A stretch of 63,978 nt of DNA, the filler included, from Stramenopiles sp. TOSAG23-3 (taxonomy: Eukaryota), in NCBI GenBank assembly GCA_900128585.1. It is 3 parts of 3 records of this genome, joined end to end, with 100 filler letters (N's around TTAATTAATTAA, not from the genome) between each part and the next. Parts side by side here need not be neighbours in the genome. Positions count along the whole stretch, not along the records: positions 42,957 to 63,978 come from LT642364.1; 2 more parts are not named here. One strand, written 5' to 3'. This document shows, piece by piece, positions 52,537 to 63,901 of this stretch. The position numbers were made by a program, and so were the translations under genes. The notes below the pieces were generated by a model that was not told the origin of the DNA, did no database searches, and saw only the letters and a list, made by a program, of their open reading frames with translations. Every line of letters starts with the position of its first letter. The first letter of the stretch is position 1.

Positions 52537-55500
52537 TCAATTCTCAATTGCCGAATATACAGGGGACGCCTGGCGCTTACAGTAAGCTTTATTCTTCGCC
52601 CTGGCGGCAATTTCATCGTCGTCTTCGATGACAACGTAAGCGGTATACTCTTTTCCCACCAACACGTCCCCTCCAGGTAAAAATAAGGAAAGTTTGAAAA
52701 CTTCTTGAAACGCTTCTGGGCAGAAATCATCGATGGCGAAAAGGCGAATAGCACTGTCTTTCTGCCCTGGACCCCATGTAATTGTACCCGACTGTTCCAC
52801 GTAGTCCCCGCATTCGCCACGTTCGCTTTTGTAGTATTTCATACATATTTCGTAATCTGCTGGAGGGGTGCCGGTTGCTGTTATATCAGAGGTGGCATAT
52901 TTCAGAGAAAGCGATTTAGACAAGTCTCCTATTCTGTCAATATAAACGTCGATAAAGTTTGGATCGTTCTCATTGCTGAATTCTTGGATGACCCACTTCT
53001 GTTTTCGAAACCGTACAAGATCAATACGAAGGTTAAAATACGCAACGGAACCTACTTGCTTATAAACTTCAGAGTAAGTTGCCGGTTCCTTCGGGGCCCC
53101 GGCAAACGCTTCATACCCTACCAAAGCAACAGAAAACCCCAAGTGATCACGGTCAAGCTTTGCGGGAGACTGTGTTTTCAGTTTCTCCGTGACGTTCCAT
53201 TTGCTTGCTTCCGTCAGGCGGCCGTCACCAGCACGAGATTCTGGCCAACGGGTAAATAAATAAATAGAACCAGACCGCCACGGTTGGTCGTCCGCGCGAA
53301 AACCCATGATGCGACCCACTTTCGGGTTGTTTGGATTGCTGGGGAAGTTGGTCTTCTCCGTGTTTGGCGTGAAACCTCCCGTGTGTGCCCAATCGGTTTG
53401 TAATCTTCCCGACCGACTGTTTCGATTGAATAGATCCACTATACGACCCCCCGGCGCACCGACAAGAACGATGCCAGCCCCGAAATCAATAGCTACATCG
53501 TTTCCGAACATATCATTTTCGCGCTTGTCGGAGGCTTGGAATTTTTGTTCCTCGTACCAGTAACACTGCCATCGATCAATGTCCTGGACTTCCCCACCCC
53601 ACCCTTCCGAATAGCCGTTAAAAAAACACCCGTTTGAATCACAAAACTGTTGACACAGCTCAGGGACAGTTAGCCCATTGATGTCCTCCGTTCTCGCTTT
53701 TGAGACTCTACGATAAACATATGCGGCCCCAGATGATTCCCCGTAGTGGTGCCCGCACTGCCCATGACTACAAGGCTCTATGTTACCGGCACCACCATTT
53801 GTGGCTGGATTGTTATCCCAGTCAAATTGAAAATCATCTACGTTTATATGGGCCCAAAGCATTGTACTCATGTCCACGATTCGGATTTGACCAATTTTTC
53901 CTATCCACTCCCCAACGTTCCACGTAACTCTATGCATCGTTTCCGTGCATTTTCCTGTGACACGATATACGGGTATGGCAGCCGTTCCTGTGTCAAAACC
54001 CCCCAACAAGGGAGACTTATAATTAGGGAAATACCCAGACTCACCATCAACAAACAGTTCCACCCACACTTCGTTTATTCGGCATCCTCCTCCGACCAGA
54101 AACGAAATTTCTGTCCCTCCAATCATGAAAGGGTCGGACGTCAAGGTTCCAGTAGGGATGTCGCCTTGTACGTTCCCAATGGCAGTATTGTTGTCGTGTC
54201 TTTTCTCGTACGTACCTATCCAGTACTTGCCTCGCTTCCCACTCCTTTGGCTAGGGTTTCCTTTGTAAGCAAAGGTCGGCAATCGGATGGACTCTGTATA
54301 CGTATACTCAGCTTCTCCCGCAGGATCTCTGACGCTGTCAGCTACTCCACCCGAGGTCTGGTACATTCGGGTTCCTTCGCCAGTGTATTGTTTTCTCGTA
54401 TAATACGTGGTATCTTCGCCCGCCATGACCGTGTGACCATACACATCTCGCCCCATGGTATTGTCTCCCAGCGTTGGTTGATAGTCAAACGCATCTCCCG
54501 TCTTGTGCCAGCCTACCAAATTACCTGTTTCGAAATCCCATGTTGAGCGAGCCTTCATATCCTCATTTGGAGCACCAATCACCAAATAATCCTGATCAAT
54601 GGCTATGCTGCTCCCAAAATTATCTTGGGCTTGTTTATCTTTGGCTTGCAATTCAGTTTGGAGCTCCCACATCCCCGACGTAACATTGATGAGATATTGA
54701 TACACAATACCACGTCCATGGAAACCTTTCTCTGTCGGCCGCCCACCGCCATCATTGGTGTTGGAACTAAAAGAATTTTTTGTGGCGTAATCATCAGCGT
54801 ACGTTTGATGAGAGTGGTCTGCTTTGGGCGCGCCAACAAGTAGTGTATCGGACCACATTGCGACTGCCGCTCCGTAGTCCTTGTGATTACGGTATGCCGT
54901 ACGTAAAATTACAGTCTCGTTATAATCTTGCCGGATGCGCTGCCAACGGACCCACGAAGTGCCATTGAACTTGTAAATGAACACAGCCTCTGCACCTTTC
55001 GCTCCTACGACTATCCAGTTGTTCCATACAGCCACTGCATTTCTATCCCCATACCGATCCATCGTGTCCAGTTCGCTCCACGAAAGTTTTTCTTCCATTA
55101 ACCACTTACTTGAATTTGTGTTATACCTGTATACAAATGCGCACGATAACCCAGGGGTTCCTACAACCATCGTTTTGTTGTGTAGACTAACTGAAGTTCC
55201 AAAGAAGATGTTACTCTGGTTGTACCCGGTGGGGCAGGTCACTACCTGCACCTTCGTCCACATGCCAGTGGATTCCGTTTTTTCGTACATATGCACTTCG
55301 CCAACTTTGCTGTGAGTCATATTCCCCACTGCAGCGCCAGCATACGGCATACCGACCGCTAAGATTACGTCCCCACTGTCTTCAATCAACTCAGGGCGAT
55401 ACATTCCCGGGGTAGGCTTCCGAGCTGAACTGCCTACCGCTGACACACTGTACCCAAACTTCTGGTGCCCAATAGCACCCGGTGATGATTCGAAAAGGTC

Positions 55501-58500
55501 AAAGTAGGTTTCTGCGCCTATACCACCGTCTCCATCGTCCTCAACGGTTACATCAGACCACAAGTTTCCACCATAGGATGGCTGAAACCCTGGAGCAAGG
55601 AGGCGCACGTTAAACATTTCATTGGGGCTTTCGTAAACGTGATCATCGGTTATTATGACCTCGACCTGAATCTGTGAGTCATTTTTAGGATAATTCAACG
55701 CGCCGTAGTGTGGCGCATAGTCCGATAGCCCGAGTGGATCGTAAGCAGCGGGCTGCGTGACTTTTCCGCTTGACGGTAACCACAAACATTCTTGTGACCC
55801 AGCACTCCGTCGCAGACAGTCCCCACGCCCTGTTGCCGAACTGGCGCAACCACGGGCTGATGAACATGTTTTATCACCTCGCAAAATTAATTTCGGTTCT
55901 ACCAAAATCTTTTGGAGCCCAGTAGACAAGCCATCCCCAATTTGGTATTCAAACGGCAGATCGTACGAGTTGTCCCCATAATGGCATTTTGGAGAACATC
56001 TCAGGACAGTAATGTTGTGCTTCCCCCCACCGATAGAGGATTCACTGAACGCATACGATCGGTGTTCGAACTTCAGGGATAAAAAATTTAAATTAAACAT
56101 AAACGCTGCACCGGCGTTGTTCCCTGAGAATAAAGTGTCTCGGTTAGCAGCTGATATTATTGCAAACGTTCCTCGTACGCCAATTTGATGCGCGCCGAAC
56201 AAGTCAGATCCTTGGTGAGACCCTGGGTTTAGTACCCCCTGTTCCGTCCACGACTTATATTGGGCATCGCGAGTGAAAATTACAGTCCCTTTGCGCATGT
56301 TTAACATAGGTGTGCTGAGAGTCTTAACCCTCACTTGCACCCTGCTGCCAGTTAGTGAATCGGACCGTGCCCCAAGGGGGGGCACGACCGTAGGGTCATG
56401 CTCCTGAAATGTTATTCTCCACGTGTAACCTCCAAAACTGTCCGGACCGATTCTGTCTACAGACAACTTCCCGGTCCCCAATTCATTTTGCATTTGGTCG
56501 CGAAGCGCACTGGCAGCAATATCATAAGGAAGTCTAGTTGTTTTTACAACACGATATTTTTTACGGTGGTCAGAGGATTCATCGAGCCAGTTAATTCTCC
56601 GAATGCGGTCTCGCGTTACATCAGGTTCCCAAAGGCCATTTTCATATTGTATACCGTATGTTCCATCAGTGTTCGCAACTGACTTCGGGGACCGAGTAAC
56701 TCGCCCAGGGTACCATCTTTCAGCCAGCACGTTCACCGGAGTTCGACTGAGAAAACCGGTGCCAACAGCACCAAAGCGTGCTTCGACGCGGGTCCCCACA
56801 GGAATTATATCAAGCTCACTACCGGTTGCAAAATGGCCGGGGGAAGGCCTCACAAACTGCTGTACGCGCCATGTCACATAAAAGTGTCCACCAATCGCAG
56901 AATTTGCAGTGACTGTCACAGCCTGTACACTTTTTCGTATCCGCCAATTGAAAGCCGGAAATTCTTCATGGTACGAAGCAATGAGGGTGTTTAACTCGAC
57001 GCCCACGGTTATACCAAAGCGATCTGCGCCTTCAAAATCGTTCGGTTTAAGCTGACTGTGTTTGTAAAACAACTGGCCAACGTTTGTTCGTTCGAAAACG
57101 ACCACAGCTCCCTCTGCGCTGGATGCTCCATCTCGGTAGGGTGCGCCAACGACGAGGGTATTTTCGTGAATGGACAACGTATACCCAAATGCATCTCCAA
57201 TATGACTTGATACATCACTTATGATTTGCTCCGGAAGAAAATTCCCCCCTGGACTATTTCGTTTGTAAACATAGACTTCGCCTTGGTTGAGTTCCCTCAA
57301 CTTTTTTGTTTTTGGATAACCACCTACTATTAGGGTGTTCCCTTGTAACGCAAGACTGTACCCAAACTGCAACCCCTGGTACTTCTGGGTACTGTAATAG
57401 CACCCCAAACCGCATTCGTGGTCCAAGAAGCCGAGTTTCTGAAGTTCCTTCCAGGACCCGTCAGATTTGTAAAAATGGTAAACCGCTCCAGCCCCGTCAC
57501 CATCTCGATCATCCTCTAATGCTGTCGCGACGAGGGTATCTCCGCGCAGAATGACCTTCCCACCAAATTCATCCCCGGGCTGACCACCGGAGGGCATTAT
57601 CTTTGTTTCCTCATTCCATGCACCGTTAGCATTGCGTTTAAACGTGTAAACGGCCCCAGTTTGAAAGTTATCCAAGCCTTGGGCCAACTGAACATCAACT
57701 ATCTTAATTGAACCGGGGGAAGCCTCCGTAGCCGTATCCAGTTTTGGAAAATATAAGGGCGCCACATTGGCGGTGAGTTGTTGAATGGAAGTCAGACTTT
57801 CCTTTATGTTGGGACTAGAAATACGAATCGTGAACGTCGTTGGCGCACTTTCGTTGCAAAACAAAAGCGGCATCACTGTGGAATCTATCTCGTTATCGGA
57901 ATTGACTGCTACAACTCGCCCAAGAGAAGAAATTGCGGACAGCCCTTGCAGCAGGTCTGACAGAGTGCACGTCGAAGCATCAAATGGGGCTGTAGTTTGA
58001 CCTTGATAACTTAAAGTGAAGTAGCCCTTCGACGCACTGCACTCAAGAGACTTTTTTGATGCCTGTCCATAATTTTCAGCCCCGGGGGCTCCTACTGCCA
58101 CTGTGTCCACACTGACGGACACGCTAGTCCCAAACTGGTCGTATGAATCGGTGTCATGCCCAAGAAGCTTAAATTCTTGCGGCCAGCGTTCTTCTACGCG
58201 CGTGAAGACGTAAGCCGCGCCCGCACGGCGACCGTGATTGCCTTTTCTAGCTCTCCTTTCAACATCGAGATGTAGAGACGGAGACGTGGTATCCTTGATA
58301 TTTAAATTGTCTTCATCTGAAAGGTCGCTCGTTGAAAACACTTCGTGGACTCTGACCGTAGCGTCTATCCCGGTCAACATCGTTTCATTCGCGACCAGCG
58401 GGGCTAAGTTTCCAACAGTATCTTCCAAGAAACTATATTGTTTCAGATCTAGGTCGTCTATGAACGGGTACACGCTGCTGTCCAGGCCTGCTACTTTATT

Positions 58501-61248
58501 AAACACTATCGTCCATGAAAACCCGCCTGCAAAATTCATATCTCTCCGCTCCACGTTTACTTCAGAAATACTCTGCAAAGCCTCCAACGCGGCTTTCATG
58601 TCCGATGCAGAAGCATTCCATTGAATAGGAGAGGTTGTCGTTGCCCACTGCCCATACGTAAGGTGGCGCTTTACATCTTCTCTAAACGACAACCGAAAGG
58701 TTCCCCCAAGAGGTGCTCTCCCCGGTTTTATCGTGGTCGAAATAAGTTTAGCGCCATAGCCACCGAGGGTGGATCCATCAGAAATGACCAAGGGGGGATT
58801 ATAGTATGCTTGCGTTGCAATATAGGTAATGGACCAGACAAATCCGAGTTGATTATTTGGGCCAGATCTAGTCACTCGGACGTCTGTAAAATTCCATAAT
58901 TCCGCCTTGAATATATTCTCGACGTATTCGGCGGTTGCATCAAATGGTATGGGTGAACTAGTTACAGCAGGTTGGGCGACATTATTGTTGTAACCGTCAT
59001 GAATAATCGGGGGGAATGACAGACGAAAATAGTCTGACAATGTGGTGGAGTCTTGTTGGCGCTTTACTGAGGATGCCAGGTAACTCCCAGTAACGTTCAT
59101 TACAGAATCATCGAAAATTAAAATTGGCAAGAATCCTTTTGCACTCCGAAACGTGATTTTCCAATTGTAGCCGCCCTCGCAGCCACAATCTACGTTTGGG
59201 GATCTGGTGGCGTCTATCCACCCAACATCAACGGACTTCAAATCTTCTTGCATGATGATTGCGAGTTGTGTAGCGGACACATCTGCTTCCATTAAGCGGG
59301 TGGTAACGTTTCTCCACCTTAATTTAAACATTGGGATATTGTCCCCGTACCCTACAACAGGTTTTCTAAGCAGAGACGTCTTTGGAATCCCAATAGTTTG
59401 TATGACTTGTATTTCATTTCTGTGCCAAGCCGATGAGGATACTGTTTGGACCTCGGAAACATAAATACTAGACGTTCCCTCCGTCTGCACGACTTGAATT
59501 TCATCAAGAGCTCGATCCTCGTATGGTGCACCTACGACTGCCATATCTTTTAGACTTGAATTTACATCATCGACCAATTGAATGTCGTTGGAAAACCCAA
59601 AACGATCATTGGGCTGTTTGTCATTGCTGCTCAATTGGAACTCTGTCGCGTAACGAACTGCGACAAATTGCGACACCTCAAACGTTGGGTCGACGCTTGT
59701 CGTGTACTTGATACCATATCCTTCTCCATGCTTTTCAATGGCCAAGTTTTGAAAAGTTGCAATCCCCAAGTCATACTTCGCTGTTTTCACCCCCAAAAGT
59801 GGATACCCTGTGGGATTAATGTACAGAGTGGCTGTGACAATGTTTGTACTATCGGTTACAACTATGTTTTCACCACCATCGAGAAGGGCAACAATGGGTT
59901 GGTTTTGAAACGGAGTACCACCTGCCCACGCATCCGAAGCTGCTTGTAGCAATTTAAGTGATTTTGGCACTCCCAGCAAAACATTAAACGACGGGGAAAG
60001 ATTAAAAATAGAGCCCGTCCATTGATATGGGTTAGGAAATAGTGGGTCGGCCGTGGCGGTATATTTCAGTTGGTACAGCGGGCCGACTTTGTCAATGAGC
60101 ATGCCATCAAATTGTGCGACACCTGCGTAAACTGGTACAGTTAGCCTAAACCCTTTGCATTTTTGGAGGGCCGAGTCATATATGCAACCTGGCTTTTGGT
60201 TACAGTTCGCATACGCCCCATCATACATTGTGCACGCAGTCAAATTCGAGACGTCCAGTCGCCCAGCGGACGGGTTGATATGAATGGACACTTCTATTGT
60301 ACTGGTAAAGTCTTCTACCAATAGGTTCCCACCACTGTCCAGCAGATTTAGAACAGGGGCCGTAGAAAAATTGAAAGTTTTGCCGGCGATAACAAAGCTC
60401 GGATGCCGTGCCACTTCCACTACAACAGCCTTGCCAACACCGACAGTCATTTTAACTTGATCTATGTAATTCGCTTGCCCGTTGGTATCAAAAATAGGGT
60501 GGTCTACTGAAAACCGTAAAGCATACGGGAACCCTGCAATGTCAATTTTTAACCCAATGAACGTGGCAACTCCATTTGTCATCTTCGCATAAAACCCGGC
60601 AGCTCCCAAGGTTGACGTGAGCGTACCGTTTTTTGGCTGGTTCGCTGGACGCGATATCATCTCTACCAATGCTGATGTAGTGGAGTCAGTAATGACGGTA
60701 TTGTAACCACGGTCGGCAACTCTGACACGTGGTTGTGGAATAAACGGTTCCCCCCCACGAGCAGTCCCGGGTGGCTGCTCAAACAGCACCGTGTGGACAG
60801 GGCCAAGTAAAATATTGAACGCGCCTGACTCTATTTGTTTACCTAAGTCTATAGACACAAAATTCAACGTAAAGCCACTTCCGAGCATTGTTATGTACAA
60901 CCCAGAAAAAGTCGCAATCCCTTTTTCAAAAGTTACCTCCGCGTAAGGCCTGGGGGGATCAAACGGCTCTCCCTTGGAAGTCCCAGTTACATTATACGCA
61001 TTGACCCCAGCATATATCGCTGGATTGTTTTTAATTTCTACAAAAATTCTCGACGCGCTATCTTCTGCACAAGGCAATCCTGATGTATTGAGCTGTTGAA
61101 CGATGGGCTGAGTTAATAAAGGATCCCCACCGTACCCATTTCCAGGCTGCGTAGTCACTTGAAGAGTGTTCGGAAAGCACACCGCAGCGTTCCCCCCCGT
61201 GCAGCTCCAAACCGATACCAACGCCACCACGAAAACCCTCAAATACAT
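52537..61248 (-). CDS. Giant secreted mosaic protein: Ig-like repeats, FG-GAP repeats, E[VI]Q-type beta repeats, Tudor-like insert, two Calx-beta domains, putative carbohydrate-binding domain
   Basis: Signal peptide. Four QP..DxGxN repeats. Many D.FG.SV...VGAP..GA.Y.F units. Repeats GGTFRLSF..PI.WNASA..LEAL..W.I.F. Calx-beta DDHVYESPNEMFNVRL and DDFCPEAFQEVFKLSL. No C-terminal TM. Confidence 0.9.
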   Translation of the reverse strand: MYLRVFVVALVSVWSCTGGNAAVCFPNTLQVTTQPGNGYGGDPLLTQPIVQQLNTSGLPCAEDSASRIFVEIKNNPAIYAGVNAYNVTGTSKGEPFDPPRPYAEVTFEKGIATFSGLYITMLGSGFTLNFVSIDLGKQIESGAFNILLGPVHTVLFEQPPGTARGGEPFIPQPRVRVADRGYNTVITDSTTSALVEMISRPANQPKNGTLTSTLGAAGFYAKMTNGVATFIGLKIDIAGFPYALRFSVDHPIFDTNGQANYIDQVKMTVGVGKAVVVEVARHPSFVIAGKTFNFSTAPVLNLLDSGGNLLVEDFTSTIEVSIHINPSAGRLDVSNLTACTMYDGAYANCNQKPGCIYDSALQKCKGFRLTVPVYAGVAQFDGMLIDKVGPLYQLKYTATADPLFPNPYQWTGSIFNLSPSFNVLLGVPKSLKLLQAASDAWAGGTPFQNQPIVALLDGGENIVVTDSTNIVTATLYINPTGYPLLGVKTAKYDLGIATFQNLAIEKHGEGYGIKYTTSVDPTFEVSQFVAVRYATEFQLSSNDKQPNDRFGFSNDIQLVDDVNSSLKDMAVVGAPYEDRALDEIQVVQTEGTSSIYVSEVQTVSSSAWHRNEIQVIQTIGIPKTSLLRKPVVGYGDNIPMFKLRWRNVTTRLMEADVSATQLAIIMQEDLKSVDVGWIDATRSPNVDCGCEGGYNWKITFRSAKGFLPILIFDDSVMNVTGSYLASSVKRQQDSTTLSDYFRLSFPPIIHDGYNNNVAQPAVTSSPIPFDATAEYVENIFKAELWNFTDVRVTRSGPNNQLGFVWSITYIATQAYYNPPLVISDGSTLGGYGAKLISTTIKPGRAPLGGTFRLSFREDVKRHLTYGQWATTTSPIQWNASASDMKAALEALQSISEVNVERRDMNFAGGFSWTIVFNKVAGLDSSVYPFIDDLDLKQYSFLEDTVGNLAPLVANETMLTGIDATVRVHEVFSTSDLSDEDNLNIKDTTSPSLHLDVERRARKGNHGRRAGAAYVFTRVEERWPQEFKLLGHDTDSYDQFGTSVSVSVDTVAVGAPGAENYGQASKKSLECSASKGYFTLSYQGQTTAPFDASTCTLSDLLQGLSAISSLGRVVAVNSDNEIDSTVMPLLFCNESAPTTFTIRISSPNIKESLTSIQQLTANVAPLYFPKLDTATEASPGSIKIVDVQLAQGLDNFQTGAVYTFKRNANGAWNEETKIMPSGGQPGDEFGGKVILRGDTLVATALEDDRDGDGAGAVYHFYKSDGSWKELQKLGFLDHECGLGCYYSTQKYQGLQFGYSLALQGNTLIVGGYPKTKKLRELNQGEVYVYKRNSPGGNFLPEQIISDVSSHIGDAFGYTLSIHENTLVVGAPYRDGASSAEGAVVVFERTNVGQLFYKHSQLKPNDFEGADRFGITVGVELNTLIASYHEEFPAFNWRIRKSVQAVTVTANSAIGGHFYVTWRVQQFVRPSPGHFATGSELDIIPVGTRVEARFGAVGTGFLSRTPVNVLAERWYPGRVTRSPKSVANTDGTYGIQYENGLWEPDVTRDRIRRINWLDESSDHRKKYRVVKTTRLPYDIAASALRDQMQNELGTGKLSVDRIGPDSFGGYTWRITFQEHDPTVVPPLGARSDSLTGSRVQVRVKTLSTPMLNMRKGTVIFTRDAQYKSWTEQGVLNPGSHQGSDLFGAHQIGVRGTFAIISAANRDTLFSGNNAGAAFMFNLNFLSLKFEHRSYAFSESSIGGGKHNITVLRCSPKCHYGDNSYDLPFEYQIGDGLSTGLQKILVEPKLILRGDKTCSSARGCASSATGRGDCLRRSAGSQECLWLPSSGKVTQPAAYDPLGLSDYAPHYGALNYPKNDSQIQVEVIITDDHVYESPNEMFNVRLLAPGFQPSYGGNLWSDVTVEDDGDGGIGAETYFDLFESSPGAIGHQKFGYSVSAVGSSARKPTPGMYRPELIEDSGDVILAVGMPYAGAAVGNMTHSKVGEVHMYEKTESTGMWTKVQVVTCPTGYNQSNIFFGTSVSLHNKTMVVGTPGLSCAFVYRYNTNSSKWLMEEKLSWSELDTMDRYGDRNAVAVWNNWIVVGAKGAEAVFIYKFNGTSWVRWQRIRQDYNETVILRTAYRNHKDYGAAVAMWSDTLLVGAPKADHSHQTYADDYATKNSFSSNTNDGGGRPTEKGFHGRGIVYQYLINVTSGMWELQTELQAKDKQAQDNFGSSIAIDQDYLVIGAPNEDMKARSTWDFETGNLVGWHKTGDAFDYQPTLGDNTMGRDVYGHTVMAGEDTTYYTRKQYTGEGTRMYQTSGGVADSVRDPAGEAEYTYTESIRLPTFAYKGNPSQRSGKRGKYWIGTYEKRHDNNTAIGNVQGDIPTGTLTSDPFMIGGTEISFLVGGGCRINEVWVELFVDGESGYFPNYKSPLLGGFDTGTAAIPVYRVTGKCTETMHRVTWNVGEWIGKIGQIRIVDMSTMLWAHINVDDFQFDWDNNPATNGGAGNIEPCSHGQCGHHYGESSGAAYVYRRVSKARTEDINGLTVPELCQQFCDSNGCFFNGYSEGWGGEVQDIDRWQCYWYEEQKFQASDKRENDMFGNDVAIDFGAGIVLVGAPGGRIVDLFNRNSRSGRLQTDWAHTGGFTPNTEKTNFPSNPNNPKVGRIMGFRADDQPWRSGSIYLFTRWPESRAGDGRLTEASKWNVTEKLKTQSPAKLDRDHLGFSVALVGYEAFAGAPKEPATYSEVYKQVGSVAYFNLRIDLVRFRKQKWVIQEFSNENDPNFIDVYIDRIGDLSKSLSLKYATSDITATGTPPADYEICMKYYKSERGECGDYVEQSGTITWGPGQKDSAIRLFAIDDFCPEAFQEVFKLSLFLPGGDVLVGKEYTAYVVIEDDDEIAARAKNKAYCKRQASPVYSAIEN

Positions 61249-62512
61249 TGCACTACGGCCAAGACGGTCGCCAACTACGATATGAGAGAAAGTACGGCGT
61301 CACAAATGAAAATAGGTGGGGCTACAATTTTTTTACAGGTTCTATAGCATTTCCGGGCGAAAAATAGGAATCGAAATCTGAGCATCTAATGTATACGCCC
61401 GAAGACAGCAAAGGTGTGTGTATTATATATACCTCCTCCGTCTTTTTTCTTCTTCTTCTTCTACAAGTAAAACTAATAAAATATATAAAAAATAATAATT
61501 ATTTTAAAAAATAACGCTCGGCCGCCACCGAGGAGTACCGAGTACCGCCGAGTACTGGTATTATTTTAAATTATACCATTAATAAATAGTATTATAGTAA
61601 GTCTAAATAATACCCCCCCAGGCACTCAACTCAGGCAGGTATTAATTAATAGACTAGACTATTAACCAGGTACGGTAACGAGAGTTAAAGTGTACATTGT
61701 AAGCGGCTCCAATGAGAAAATAGTAGAAGTCTACTTTAAATTATATACATTAGGACGTAGTATTCGATCTATAATAATCTCTAAAATAGTCCAACACAAA
61801 AAGTCATTTTGGGATTCTGGGACATTACGTTGTGTCGGTGTTAATTAAGTTAATCAGCAACAGCGGTTTACTTTTTTAACCAATCAGCATTCCGATTTAG
61901 GGACTTTTACATAGAGCAAAATAAGCCTGAAATTTATTATTCTAAAGATGTTTGTTAGTCAATTTGAATTTCGATTTCGCATCAATCAAGTAAGTATTCA
62001 CACACAAAATCGCATATTATAATTTGGGCTTTTATTATTCAGTTATTATTATTATAGTTATTATTTTAGTTATTTGTAAATAATAATTTAGACGACTAGA
62101 ATGTTTTGTCGTCTTCTCTGGGTTTTTATACCGACATCACATCACACATTATGGTGTCATCATGCTGTTATTTATTATTCGGGGAAATGAGCAAAATATG
62201 GTACGTACGACGTAGTACAACTCCAACAACAACGAACTAAAAAATAAAATATAATTGTTGCTAATGATGATGATGAATAGCCGTTTTTTTGTAGTTCCAA
62301 CAAAGTACAGCTTCTTCAGTTGCTTTTCGCTTCATTGTAAATACCATCCCGGGAGGATCTTTCTTTTCATATATTTTTGATGCTCTGGATACTTGACCAG
62401 CTGCAATTTTGTCATGGCACAGCGAAAGGTAGCGCAACTGCGTTTCAGGACGAATTTGGCCATTCTACTAATTGGTTGCAGAAAGTAACAAGTTCGCCAA
62501 GTAAACAGGTCA

Positions 62513-63901
62513 ATGATCTACGAAGGTGCAGGTTTCACAGACGCCCAACAAAGCCTAGAAACTGAGGCCAGTCTCGAAGCTGAAACCTTATCCACAAAAC
62601 GCCTTTTTCAAAAGCTTCATGCAAGGGCAGTTGACGATGTTAGAATAACATCATTGTACAGAGTATTGTGGAAACTCCCTCACCTCTTGTCACCCGGTGA
62701 CCACGGTTTACAGTATATTGGGCGGAACATTTTACTGCGCTCCGCCGGTTTTCGTTGTGGGCCAAATATTCGGCCTTTGCCAGCGTCTTACAAAGAGCTT
62801 CTTGAAAGTGCTAAAAACGAACCACTCATTACATTCCTATTGCGCTTGTCGTACGTGCCCAATAAGGAAATAACCATAGTAGGATTGCAGGTGCTGTTAC
62901 AAATACTATCGTTTGATTTGAAACACATGAAAATGATAGAAATTGTGACGTTTTGTGGGTCAGTCGGACGTGCCGTGCAAGACTTTAAAAGCAGCGAGAA
63001 TCTGCTTCCTGTGCTGTTGGTTGCTCGAGAATTATCGAATCGGAAACCGACCATCCCCTGGTTTAGGAAACCTTTTCTTGAAGTATATTTTGAATCACTT
63101 TGTTTCCATATTGAAAACGAAGCAGAGGTTCCCGAAAAGGATTTAATTGTTCGCATTAGAAGGCAGCTGGGCAAGGGCAAAAATAACAAAATTGAAGGCT
63201 GGGAAATAGAAACGGAAAAGCGAAGGTTCTTGGCAGAGCAGGAAAGTTCAAGAGACGCAGCATGTTTACTGTGCGATTCATTGGCGAATCTAGTGGGAGA
63301 CCCAATTGCAAGTCAAGAAATTGCGGGGGGGCAACGGCTGATTCCGTATATTTTTAATCTAATACAAATGAAAACAGCAACCGAAGTGATTAACGTAGCC
63401 ATCTTCGATTTGCTTTGGAGGTTATCGTTTTCTAAACCCTCTCAAGACTGCGTTTGTGAGCTGATGTATAACGATTTAGAAGTTTACAACATTCTTTTAG
63501 AATACTGTGCTCCAGAGTCAATTTTTTTGTTACAAGCGGTTGGAGTCTTGTGGAATTGCCTCGGGTCTCCAAGCCGCTGCATGAAATTTCAAACTATATT
63601 TGAAAATGCCGCCAATCGAGCCGACAGTCGTCAAAATGATCCATCCTCAAGGAATTTGACAAGAAACAACCTGTTGTATGTTATTGTTGTAGTAGTGAAC
63701 AAAAGCGACGATTTGGATGTGCTGTCGGTAGCCTGCGGCTTATGTTCACAGCTATTGTATAATGATTACAATGTGTTTTATATGTCCCAACAAGGGGGGT
63801 TCATGGACCGTCTTGTAGATCTTGCGGCAGTCAACACTGAAGGAAAGGGCAGGGCTATGGCCGTTAACGCAAATCGTGCACTTATAGCTGCACGGCATTA
63901 A
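62513..63901 (+). CDS. Uncharacterised alpha-solenoid (ARM-like) protein
   Basis: 462-aa Leu-rich helical ORF with ARM-like motifs LLWRLSF, AVGVLWNC and ACGLCSQL. Confidence 0.75.
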   Translation: MIYEGAGFTDAQQSLETEASLEAETLSTKRLFQKLHARAVDDVRITSLYRVLWKLPHLLSPGDHGLQYIGRNILLRSAGFRCGPNIRPLPASYKELLESAKNEPLITFLLRLSYVPNKEITIVGLQVLLQILSFDLKHMKMIEIVTFCGSVGRAVQDFKSSENLLPVLLVARELSNRKPTIPWFRKPFLEVYFESLCFHIENEAEVPEKDLIVRIRRQLGKGKNNKIEGWEIETEKRRFLAEQESSRDAACLLCDSLANLVGDPIASQEIAGGQRLIPYIFNLIQMKTATEVINVAIFDLLWRLSFSKPSQDCVCELMYNDLEVYNILLEYCAPESIFLLQAVGVLWNCLGSPSRCMKFQTIFENAANRADSRQNDPSSRNLTRNNLLYVIVVVVNKSDDLDVLSVACGLCSQLLYNDYNVFYMSQQGGFMDRLVDLAAVNTEGKGRAMAVNANRALIAARH

